The notes under the pieces were generated by a model. The model was not told the origin of the DNA. It was given only the letters and a program-made list of their open reading frames with translations, and ran no database searches. DNA of 64,000 nucleotides from Scyliorhinus canicula (lineage: Eukaryota). A program made the position numbers and the translations under genes. The first letter of the stretch is position 1; the number at the start of each line of letters is the position of its first letter. The stretch covers positions 173,840,840 through 173,904,839 of the forward strand of contig NC_052146.1 of NCBI RefSeq assembly GCF_902713615.1, written 5' to 3'. Of this stretch, positions 12,000 to 23,932 are shown one piece after another.

Positions 12000-13303
12000 T
12001 AGAACGATACAGCGCAGTACAGGCCCTTCGGCCCTCAATGTTGCACCGACATGGAAAAAACTAAAGGCCATCTAACCTACACTATGCCCTTATCATCCAT
12101 ATGCTTATCCAATAAACTTTTAAATGCCCTCAATGTTGGCGTGTTCACTACTGTTGCAGGTAGGGCATTCCACGGCCTCACCACTCTTTGCGTAAAAAAC
12201 CCACCTCTGACCTCTGTCCTATATCTATTACCCCTCAATTTAAGGCTATGTCCCCTCGTGCTAGCCACCTCCATCCGCGGGAGAAGGCTCTCGCTGTCCA
12301 CCCTATCTAACCCTCTGATCATTTTGTATGCCTCTATTAGGTCACCTCTTAACCTTCTTCTCTCTAACGAAAACAACCTCAAGTCCATCAGCCTTTCCTC
12401 ATAAGATTTTCCCTCCATACCAGGCAACATCCTGGTAAATCTCCTCTGCACCCGTTCCAAAGCTTCCACGTCCTTCCTATAATGAGGCAACCAGAACTGT
12501 ACGCAATACTCCAAATGCGGCCGTACTAGAGTTTTGTACAACTGCAACATGACCTCATGGCTCCGGAACTCAATCCCTCTACCAATAAAGGCCATCACAC
12601 CATTGGCCTTCTTCACAACCCTATCAACCTGGGTGGCAACTTTCAGGGATCTATGTACATGGACACCGAGATCCCTCTGCTCATCCACACTACCAAGAAT
12701 TTTACCATTAGCCAAATATTCCGCATTCCTGTTATTCTTTCCAAAGTGAATCACCTCACACTTCTCCACATTAAACTCCATTTGCCACCTCTCAGCCCAG
12801 CTCTGCAGCTTATCTATGTCCCTCTGTAACCTGCAACATCCTTCCGCACTGTCTACAACTCCACCGACTTTAGTGTCGTCTGCAAATTTACTTACCCATC
12901 CTTCTGCGCCCTCCTCTAGGTCATTTATAAAAATGACAAACAGCGACGGCCCCAGAACAGATCCTTGTGGTACGCCACTCGTAACTGAACTCCATTCTGA
13001 ACATTTCCCATCAACCACCACTCTCTGTCTTCTTTCAACTAGCCAATTTCTGATCCACATCTCTAAATCACCCTCAATCCCCAGCCTCCGTATTTTCTGC
13101 AATAACCGACCGTGGGGAACCTTATCAAACGCTTTACTGAAATCCATATACACCACATCAACTGCTCTACCCTCGTCTACCTGTTCAGTCACCTTCTCAA
13201 AGAACTCGATAAGGTTTGTGAGGCATGACCTACCCTTCACAAAACCATGCTGACTATCCCTAATCATATTATTCCTATCTAGATGATTATAAATCGTATC
13301 TTT
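12000..13303 (-). mobile_element. Young 5'-truncated CR1 (HER1-like) LINE with open 396-aa RT ORF (12077-13267)
   Basis: [31 protein letters not shown] motifs; intact 3' tail. Confidence 0.97.
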
Positions 13304-13707
13304 TATTTGTTTTATATGTTAGCTCTTCTTCTCTCTCCACAGATGCTGTCCGAGCTGTGGAGTATTTCCAGTATTTGTCACTTGCGTGGAGATGGTGTAC
13401 TGTGTTGAGGCGAATGATTCATCTGGGAACTTTTCTGAGCTTTCTGGGAGCTGAGGATAAAGACTTGGAGATGAAGTCAATTTGCTTTGTGACAAGATGT
13501 ATAAAAGGACTGAAATGACTATACATGAAATATAAAGGATTTTTGGATAGTCAATTCTCAGCTAATTACCATAAAATGAATAGTGAATTTACTGATTAGG
13601 GTTCCAGGATTGTGCCTGAGGAACATGCTTTGTTATCAATGATTAGGAAGCAACAGTGGCTCCACTGGCTGATTGGAGACTTTGTGCATTGACCTATTCT
13701 GGATAGG

Positions 13708-13880
13708 TAAAGGTAAAGTTGCCATAGTCCCAGATGACCATGGGCTGCTTCCCCCCTTGAGGGGGAGAACTGATTGGTGCTGATTTAACCTGAGGATCAC
13801 CACACCTCAAGCGAGGGGCAAGGTTTAGAAGGCAGAGCATTCATGGAAAAACCTCAGCCAGTACAGGAATTGAAGCTGCA
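13708..13880 (-). mobile_element. SINE, same family as 8430-8832
   Basis: Direct similarity to 8430-8600. Confidence 0.75.
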
Positions 13881-14600
13881 TTGTATTGAGTGAGGATTGG
13901 AAAATGATTCTCGGAGCATCCCCTTTCCTTTAACAGCCAGGGATACAATCCATCCAGCCCTAGTGATTTATCCACCTTCAAGTATGTCAGCCCTTCCAGT
14001 ATTTCCTCTTACTCTGGGTATTGTATCCAATATTTCACACTCCTCCTCCTCTTTATCTAGAATAACAGCAAATCCATCTCCTTAGTGAAGACAGAGTACT
14101 TACTGTCCACATCTTCACCATTAGCGCACAAGTTACCATGTACATATTGAAGTTATTTATATATTATTCTTGTCATGGGATTGCCAAATCTAGAGCCCCC
14201 TTGATGTCCAGAAACATAGCAGGTAAGATAAAGCAGAAAAAGAATTCTTATGACAGTCACAAAGAAATTAATACAGTAAAAAACCGACAGGAATATAGAA
14301 AGCACAGAGTGTCAGAACGTCCCCCCCCCCCTCCTCCCCCCCCATTGGTTAAGGATGGTTCTTCACCATTCTCTTTCCCCATCCCCCCCCCCCCCCCCCC
14401 CATCAGTCTTGGTATAGCCCTGTCCTGTGCTCCTAGGCAACCACATACACCAGCATTTTCCTCATGAATGGGAGAGGTGGAGCAGAGATGGTGGGGTGTG
14501 GGGGAAGCATTCACAACTATAGTGCCACAGCAAGAGCCATGGCCATCTGCTCTGGTTTTGGAAACAGCAACCACACTCTGTATGCTGTTGGCAGATTTAT

Positions 14601-16826
14601 TTATTTATTTTTAAAAATATTTTTATTCTCCTTTTTCACATTTTCTGCCAAATGTACACCCAACAATAAACAATAATAAGTAACAAATGCAATGTCAATC
14701 CTCATATCAATATCAACGATCCCATCCTCCCACCAAACCCCAGACATTAGCCCGCATGTTAACATAAACAAATGACAAAAAGGAATCAGAAATCACCCAT
14801 AGTCACCATTAACACATACCCCCTACCCACAACCCTCCCAGCCCCCAACCCCCCTAATGTTCAAATGTACTCCAATTCTCGAAAGTGCATGATGAATAAC
14901 GGCCATGAATTGTAGAACCTCTCCACCTCAGTTCAAACTTAACCTTCTCAAGGGTCAAGTATTCCAACAGGTCCCCTCGCCACGCCAGGGCACAGGGTGG
15001 AGAGGCTGCTCTCCATCCCAACAGGATCCGCCTTCGGGCGATCAACGAGGCGAAGGCTACAACATCTGCCTCCGCACCAGTTTCCAACCCCGGCTGGTCC
15101 GACACCCCGAATATGGCCTCCCAAGGGCCCGGGTCCAGTTTCACATGCACCACTTTAGAGATTACCCTAAAAACCTCCTTCCAGTAAACCTCCAGCTTTG
15201 GACAGGACCAAAACATATGAATGTGGTTTGCAGGGCCGCAACTTTCACACACATCTTCTACCCCCTCAAAGAGCCGGCTCATCCTCGCCTTTATACCACC
15301 TTCAGCTTTATCAGCCCAACCTCGCACACAAGGTGGAGGTGCTCACCCTCTGGAGCACCTCACACCAGAACACCTCCTCCATACCCTCTCCCAAATCTTC
15401 ATCCCACTTTGCTTTGATCCCTTCCAGCGGTGCCTTCTCCTCTTCCAAAATAATCCCGTAAACCGCCGATGCTACCCCCTTCTCCAGTCCCCCTGTTGTC
15501 AGCACCTCCTCCAGCAATGTGGAAGCCAGCTCTACTGGGAAGCTCTGTATCTCCTTCCTGGAAAGTCTCGAATCTGCATATATCTAAATATTTCTCCCTG
15601 CTCCAGCCCATACTTCACTCCCAGCTCCTTCAATCCTACAAACAGACTCCAAAGAAACAAATCTTTTCGTGTCCTAATTCCTTTCTCCTCCCATCTCTGA
15701 AAATTTCCATCCCACCTCCCTGGCTCAAATCTATGGTTCCCCCGAATCAGCATTTCCCTTCACCCTGCCCCCAACCCGAAGTGCTGCCGAAACTGTCTCC
15801 AAATTCTCAGCAAAGCTATTACTACCGGACTCCCTGAGTATCTCCCTGGGGCCATCAGCCTTTGCCAGTGCCTTCCTTCCCGACCCCCCACACAAACTCT
15901 CCTCCATTTGGACCCATTGGGAGTCAAACCCTCTGACCCAGCTCCGTACCTTCTCCACATTCGCCGCCCAGTAATAATACATCAGGTTCAGAAGACCCAA
16001 ACCCCCTGCCTGCCTTCCCCTCTGTAGCAGCACCTTTCTAATTCTGGCTACTTTCCCTCCCCATATGAATGAGGTAATCATCCCTTCAATCTCTCTAAAA
16101 AATACCTTTGGCAGGAAAATTGGTAAGCATTGGAAAATAAACAGGAATCGTGGCAACACATTCATTTTAACTGCCTGTACCCGACCGATCAGTGACAGAG
16201 GGAGACCATCCCACCTTGCCAGATCGGCTTTCACTCTCCCCACCAAACTAGAAATGTTGTACCTACGGAGCCCCCACTAATCCCAAGCAACCTGAACCCC
16301 CAGGTATCTAAAGTGAGTCCCTGCCCTATGGAATGGCAGCCATCCCCACCCCCGGCCGAGACAAAATATTCACTCGTCTAGATTTAATTTGTACTCCGAG
16401 AAGGACCCAAATACCTGAAGCATCTCCAGTATTCTCCCTATTAACACACTCGGTTCCGACACATATAATAACAAGTCATCGGCATATAAGGACACCCTAT
16501 GCTCTATCCCCCCCTGCACTATCCCTTTCCATACCCCCGATCTTCTTAATGTGATGGCCAACGGCTCAATCGTGAGTGCAAACAGCATGGGGTCATTGGA
16601 TATCCCTGCCTAGTCCCACGGTGGAGAGGAAAGTATTCCGTGTTGATGTTATTTGTGCGGGTACTCACCCTCAGCTCCTTATATAGTAACTTTACCCAGT
16701 CCACAGATCTTGGTCTAATCCCAAACCACTGCAGAACTGCCCTCAAGTAGCCCCATTCTACCCAGTCAAATGCTTTCTCGGCATCCAATGCCACAACCAC
16801 CTGTTTCCTTCCCCTCAGCCAGTACC
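14601..16826 (-). mobile_element. 5'-truncated L1/Tx1-clade LINE (RT plus C-terminal zinc-knuckle-like region), frameshifted
   Basis: LDAEKAFDWVEW, RGTRQG, LYADDLLL, GRVQAVKMNVLPRFLF, CESC...HIHMFWSCPKL; A-rich tail; 15-bp TSD candidate. Confidence 0.93.
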
Positions 16827-17262
16827 CCTTGTACCTCTTATTCAGCTGTGAAGCACAACTATGTGCTCCATGGACCAAACTTCAATGCCCTCCTAATGTT
16901 CAAAAAGTGCTGCCTCCTTCTTGTTAGCAGATTTATGTATGAAGTTGTTGGACTTAGCTAAACACAGGAAGGACATGGTTTTCAGAAGAGGCAGAGGTCT
17001 GCCTCAAGTCTAGTTCCCTCAAAGCCCCTCTTATATCCTCTAACTCCTCATGCCTGCCATTTTCAGTTTACAAATCGATGTTTGCTCTGTATTTTCTTTC
17101 TTGTATAACGCGCTTACCCTTATCCTTGCCTAACATTGTGTCAGATGGAGATACTCATGCCAACCACTACACTCCTTTTTCAATTTATTTACCCATTCCC
17201 TTGACTCCTTGTACCTCTTATTCAGCTGTGAAGCACAACTATGTGCTCCATGGACCAAACTT
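16827..17262 (+). repeat. Exact 56-bp direct repeat (16827-16882 and 17207-17262)
   Basis: ccttgtacctcttattcagctgtgaagcacaactatgtgctccatggaccaaactt present twice. Confidence 0.95.
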
Positions 17263-19413
17263 ATTGAAGGCCTTCTTGAAACAACATTGCCTTTCTGAGC
17301 TTCTTTAGAAAGCCTATTGAGGATGCACTCATAATCCCCGGTCACACACTCACCCCAGCCATGCCTGTTATCTCTGTCAGAACCTGGCCATATGCGTGTA
17401 ACAAAGACTGTTACTTCTCAAGCCTAAGATCTCACCCACTATAAACCCCTCTTCGAACACCATGGAGAGATTTGGTGCAGGAGTCTCAGATTAACCTTCA
17501 AAATTACTGATAATGACCTGCCTTTTTAAGGAGTTGATGGAGGAGCAAGTTTAAATATGATGCATCGGTTAAACAGGCAGAAACAAAAATGGCCCGTGAC
17601 GGGTCAGAACGGTTTATCAGCCCCAGGAGATGATCAGATAGATGATGCAGGAGAGGCTGATGTGTCCATGGCGGCAGTCACTTCTGCTCTCGGCCGTCTT
17701 GAGCTAACAAAAATGTCAGTTAGCTCTCCACTGGTCCTTCATTGTCTGAAAACTGACCACTCCCACCCGAGTGCCTGTTTTATATGCCCTAGTTATAGAA
17801 GCTGGAGGAAGCCCATGTCAAATCACTTTATTATCCAATCACTGAAGGGACAGGTACCCAAGTAAAACACTCCCTTGGTCATTATTCTGTCCCCAAGATC
17901 ATCATACAGTTTACCTTGTGTTTGCTACCGTTTGTTAACTTCTACTAGAGACTTGTCTAGGACAGACATTCCATCTTATCAAGTGAGGAATGATGACAAG
18001 GGATGATGCAACTTCGATCTGACCCTCGAGAAAGTGCCCTACTCTTTGGTTGTTAAATCATTTTTATGAAGGAACAAACAAAAACCTTGTGCTAGGAGGT
18101 TACAATGCCCACATTTCTTCTATGAATGCTGATTCTTTAATATTCTCAAAACTACCATTTCTTATACTGTGCTCAATGTGGGCAGCCATGTACTTTAGTG
18201 TTTGCAAGAAAGGGGGCGATGGCAAGCAGGGTGTGTGGCATTGTCCGAATCAGGGAACAGGGGAGCTTGCTGGTTACTATCCCTCAAAGTGGAGTGGCAG
18301 AAAGCATAGTTTGCAAAGCAGTTAACTGGAAAGATGGGTGATGAGTTTGAGACTGTGCATCGCAGAAAGAAAATAAATCTTGCAGGGCACAATATACAAA
18401 GATTATTTTTTTTAAACGGTTCCAAAGAAATTTCTCGGGATGGATACTGGAGGTCAAACAACAGGACGAGAAAAGAACAAAAGAAATTAAAATGTCCACA
18501 GCAAAAGTTAAAGTGTCTGTGAGAAAGAAATCAGGTCAGTGTTTTCAGTATGTTCAGTGTTTTCAGTATGTTCTGTTTTTAATATTAAATAGACAAAGGT
18601 TTGGAGTGTTTGTTAAAATGTGAAAGATTCCTGACCCGCAATTGAAAGACTATGTTAAAATAAAGTATAATTGCATTTGTTTTCTGTGTTCACAGCATTC
18701 TCTTGCATTTGGCACGAAAAGCCGTTTGACCCTCTGGTCATCTTGTCTTTGAGATTGGAAGTACTAAGCATTTTTAATTCATGCCTTCCCTACAATCCTG
18801 TACTGACTTAAATGTAACTGTTTACTCTGCACATGTGTGTTTTATTTTTGAGATATCTGGTTTTTCAATTGATCAAAACTGTATGATTATTCCTTGTGCT
18901 CATAACTGGGAATATCACAGCACTTGGCACGTGAATTAATAATGTGACAGAGATCAGTATTACTAAGTTGCATGCCAATCTGAATACAGTTGATTATGTT
19001 CATTTCAATTCAAAATTGTGCCCCCAGGATTTGAGGACTGGGCACTTTGAATGTTGGTGTGGGTTTACTTTCAATGAAACATTATTGTAGAGCTATGAAA
19101 TTCAGTTTGCGAGGTCAATTCTGAAATTTTGAAAGCACTTTGGTTTAATTGCACTGCAGGTAAGAATTGCTGTAATTTTGCACAACCTAAATTAAAAGTC
19201 TGAGATCTCATTTTAAATCAATTTAAAGTTTACAAAGCATTACAGGCCTGAGATTGGTATTGTGATTGGCTCCTTACCCATTGTCCAATGTATTGACAAG
19301 GAAGTAGTATTCGGAAATTGAATCAAGAGAAAAAGCACCAAATCATTTATAATGGAATAGAGGGAGAGAAGGAAAGATTCCATCCCTTTTCTACAATTAT
19401 AAGTTGGAGAAGT

Positions 19414-19603
19414 TGGGTGGCATGTGGTGCAGTGGTTAGCACTGGGGCTGCGGCACTGAGCTTGCGGGTTTAAATCCCAGCCTTGGGGTCACTGTCCATG
19501 TGGAGTTTGCACATTCTCCCCATGTCTGCATGGCTTTCACCCCCACAACCTAAATATGTGCAGGGTAGGTGGATTGGCCACACTAAATTGCCCCTTAATT
19601 AAA
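19414..19603 (+). mobile_element. HE1-like SINE, short variant
   Basis: Similar to 3226-3447. Confidence 0.85.
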
Positions 19604-19781
19604 AAGCCTGTGTTGATATTTCGGAGCCCAGAAGCTCTGGGAAAATGAGTCACCTTCTTTATTTTGTAAGAGTCTGCATTTTACAGTTATTTAGTAAGTT
19701 ATCTGAAGAAAGGAAATACAAAATAATTTACTGTTTTGGTTTTGTAAGCATGCACAATTTTGATTATTTGTTTGCATTGTG

Positions 19782-19787
19782 TTTATT
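19782..19787 (-). terminator. Candidate distal polyadenylation signal of MYO6 (AATAAA)
   Basis: TTTATT on plus strand, with a minus-strand U-rich tract about 55-75 nt downstream (19705-19730). Confidence 0.45.
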
Positions 19788-20127
19788 TAATAAAATATTG
19801 GTCTGAATTAAATTACAGTCACTGATGTCAAACATACTGTTTACTAGTGAAAACATGTCTTTCATTGTGGCCAGGGTGACATTCTGGCTGTTGTAAATTG
19901 CATGAAACGATGAGGCTATCACATAAATAAATGCCATTTTTGAAGGCAATGATCTGAAGTCTTTCTGATCGTTTAATCATTTTGGCAGCATTGGAATGGT
20001 GACCAGAGAATAAAAGGGAGTGCACCTACCATCAAGCATCATGAAAACAATCTGAAGGTATCTTTTGTCTTCCACTGCAGAATTGTTTCACAGAATGCTT
20101 AAATAATGGTGTTGCTGACAAATTCTG

Positions 20128-20343
20128 TTTTTTTTTTAAATGTTTGTAATTTAAAGTATCCAATTTTTTTTTTCAATTTAACATGGCTTATCCACACAGT
20201 CTGCACATCTTTGGATTGTGGGGGTGACACCAACACAGACATAGGGAGAAGGTGCAAACTCCATATGGATATTAACCGGTGTTGAAACCAGGCCCGCGGT
20301 GCCGTGAGGCGGCAGTGCTAACCACTACACTGCCGTGCTGTCC
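20128..20343 (-). mobile_element. HE1-like SINE, short variant, diverged
   Basis: Reverse complement of head and core. Confidence 0.8.
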
Positions 20344-23300
20344 TACCAAATTCTGTTTTCCAAGCCGATTTTTAACTCCGAAGGGCGGATGAACCATTTT
20401 TGTGATATCATGGCTCACATTCTGAAAAATTAGAAGCACAGGGAAAAGCTCAAATTTATTTCTGAAATTACTTGCATCAGTAAATGTTGTGCAAGGTTTC
20501 AAAGGTACAAAGACTTTGTTTAACAAACAAGTTCAAATGACATTAGATTCTTTTGTATTTGTGAACATAATTTTTAAAATTTGGGTGAAGTAACACAATG
20601 GTGTCTCACTATGTTTTGCTCTACCTTCATGTCAACCTACAAAAAGGTTAACCCTTTCCATGGACAGCTTTTATAAATTTATTTAATCAAGCAATTACTT
20701 TCGTGCTGCTGAATGTAAATTTATACATTGGACATTATTAAAAAGTGTCAGAAGGAAAATTATGAATTGACAAATTAACTCCTAACCCCTCTTTTAAGCA
20801 GTCACAATGGACTTGCTGCTCATCTTTTGGGAACATGGGTTTCAGGGCAGCATGATGTGATGACATATCAGAAATCCAGCAGTTTGAATAATTTACCTGC
20901 AGACACAATGTCACAGTACAGCAACAATTTGGACAAAAGTTTTGTCTTTCAAAGTTTAGACCTTCAAAGGCAGTGTGCTCGAGAGTGAGAATCCAAAATA
21001 ATTGCAAACATTGCTGACATAAAACTAGCAGGCTGGATCAATTTTGTTTCTGAAATTGGAATTAGTAAAACAGATTGGTAAGAGGTGCTGCTTCCAGCAC
21101 TCAAAAAGGGAACTATAACCTAAATTCTTTTGGAGGGAGCGGTGGGCTGCGGAAGTCAAATTTTCATTAAAAGGGGAAGATAGTTCACGTGGTTCCTGTG
21201 TATCAAGGAAGAAAGTTTTGTTTTGGAGGAAATAAAATTAGACATATTCAAGACCTGTCAACAGTACTATTCTTTGTATTGGAATCATTATGCAAGGATA
21301 AAACAGGCTCAGGCAAAAATGTAGGTCATTTTGGGCAAACAAAAGTTCCTCTATAGTAAAACAGATGTTTAATAAATTAGATCAAGTGGGAAGATTTTTC
21401 CTCTTTGAAATACATTCATCCGAAATTGAGGTCAGGAAAGTGCAGTTAAGAATAATCAAACCATAGCTTTCTCTGGGATATGGCTCTGCCCTTGTCTATA
21501 CTGAAGAGTAAGGAACCCGATTTGGTAGCCTGGGCACTACCTGAGACCCATGCAGAGAGAGAGGAGCAAAGATCTCCAGACACTTTTGATCTTTTGATAA
21601 AATCACCTGAAAGTCAAGAATTGCCTGTATCGGATGTCAACAAATAGTGGAAAAATAGGTATCACCGAGAGCAGAACATGAAATGGTTAACAAGGCCCAG
21701 GACAGAGAGAGAACTTTCCAAATCAGCGCACTGACACATTTTCGATAGAGAAATTGATTTTGGAACGATGAGTATCGAGTTAAACATACTGGCATGATTT
21801 TTGTGCTACAAACATGATTATTTAATAATGAAAGATGCAATTTGAATTAAGAGGAGTCGGCCTGCATGGAGCCAAGTCATCCACTGAGCGATGAAAGGGG
21901 TCACTGCCGATGCCATCAAAATCAGCACGCATTGGCAGAAAAGTGTAAAATGTGCGTGATATTCAAACCTCTTCTCAGCTTCACAAAATGACACAATAAA
22001 TATTTCACAAAAACTGGCACCGTCAACAAAGAGGTGAAAGAATAAAGATGCCCCAGTACATTAGATAAGGAATGTGTTTATTTTCGGCATCTCACCAATT
22101 GAAAACAGATCATTCAAAATCAAATGGTAAACTGTAAATCCTAAGAGGTTCGGTCGGAGTGATTCAAAAAGTATCATGAAAACATCAACTGTTTCAGGTA
22201 GGACTTGCTGATCAGATTATTAGAGAATCACTTGCACATTTGAAATTATAAATAAATAACCAGTCTACTTACAGCACCTTCCACACCACATTCAGTTATC
22301 AAGTTAGATTTTGTCAAACATAGGCTGGGATAAGACATTCCCACAAAACCTACACCTTCCAGGCAGTGCAGGGTTCCTCGGGCCAGCTTTCTGAGGCTGA
22401 CCTTTTTCTCACTCCCCTGTTCCAACTCTGCCTGACACAAATCCCATCTGCACAGATTCTGTGTTTTCTTATAAATTCAGCAGCTATGAATGGATAACAT
22501 TTGTACACAAAAAAAAAGAGGCCCAAAGGCTCCATCTTTCAGACCGAGAAGTTGCTTTTATCCAATCCCCTTTAAAAAAAAAGCCAACCTGTCACCATTA
22601 ACCTCACCAGGAAGGAATTTCTATGTTTGGCTTTAGGTAAGCTGGGTGGTGAGGGGAGTGAGATCAGTGTGTACTGGCAGATATTAAGAAAAAGCTGTGC
22701 CACTGCTTAATCCAAGACCATGCTTCCTCCGAGAGAAGCTGGAGAAGATACGCCCCAACATGTTAAATACCCAATGTTAATGCAAGGTCCACCAAACTGT
22801 TTCTGGGAACTGATTGTTTGAATTGGTGACCTGACGCAAACAGTGTCACAGTTCCAGTTTTAAGACATAACTTCACTGCAAAAAACAGTGTTTATAGATG
22901 ATCCAAGTATTCAGTTATCAGAGTAAACAAAAACAGACTTCACTACACAAAAGTAATGCCACAGAAATTAGGAATGAACAAAACAAAACTCTACAATTAA
23001 CAAAATCCATTTGTGTCAAATAGGTACAACTGCAGGGCTTGAAATAATTTTCTGAAATAACCCAATATCGGGACCCACTACTGTTAAAGTATCTAAGAGG
23101 GTTGTTGGTTATTTAGTCATTCCTGAAAGCTGCAACCTTCAAGTAAGAAATTTACAATCGGCTGTGAAATGCTATATCAGTATTTTAACTTATTGACTTG
23201 CAGTTTATAAAATGTTGGGTATGGGGAATAGTAACTGCTCAAATTAAGGTCTTTCACCAAGCAATAATTAAATAGCATCCAACTATTCAATCCAAGGTGG

Positions 23301-23732
23301 TAACTGGCACATTTTTAAACTACTCTAGGATGATACCATCCATTTCCCCACAGATTTTATTTTGAAAGAACTAACACTATGTAAATAAGTCACCTTCATT
23401 CTTTACCTAAGTCTTGTAAATGTCATGGCGGCACCTTGGACTCAACTATGATTCACTTTAGATATCTTTTATTTTTGATCGTTTACCACACAATTCTAAG
23501 GAAATAGGGATACTGTCACTAAATATTATTCCTAATTTTGCTCGATTGGTTTTACTAATTACTGTTGCATAGAATAGTGTTTATGAGTTCTGGAAGTTAA
23601 AAAAAAACATTTATTTCAAGCTCTGAGAGATTTATCTTTGCTAGGGAGAAGCAATCTTCCCTTTGTTCCATTTACAAGTCTTTTTTCCCTCCACACATCT
23701 CTCTCTAATTAGGACAGAACCTATTACACATT

Positions 23733-23932
23733 CTAATGTGGAAGGTTCTGCAGCATCGCTGTGGCATAGGTGGGCCTGGCTTGCTTGCTCTCGATTGCAT
23801 TGCGCAGATACGTGACTCCACCACAGCGCTCCCACACCTCTTCGAACTGCCGTGGTAGGATCTCAGCTCCACGCTTCCGAGTGAGGCCTGTCTCTTCCAG
23901 GTTTAGCTCACACATCTCCATGTCATCCTTAC
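23733..23932 (-). CDS. MYO6: MYO6 last coding exon ([26 protein letters not shown]...[15 protein letters not shown] stop)
   Basis: ttgtAG acceptor, TAG stop at 23733-23735; ORF 23733..23921. Confidence 0.97.

Larger units (their letters stand above)
19760..23732 (-). other. Candidate long MYO6 3'UTR
   Basis: AT-rich and nearly repeat-free downstream of the stop codon; several minus-strand AATAAA; the end point is inferred. Confidence 0.55.

Noticed and set aside
12077-13267. 396-aa reverse transcriptase ORF as a host gene or novel RT system
   Set aside because: It is a 5'-truncated CR1 ORF2 with a retrotransposon tail and has a near-identical second copy
13325-13380. Splice acceptor ctctctccacAG as a plus-strand exon start
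   Set aside because: Part of a multi-copy Penelope-type repeat remnant
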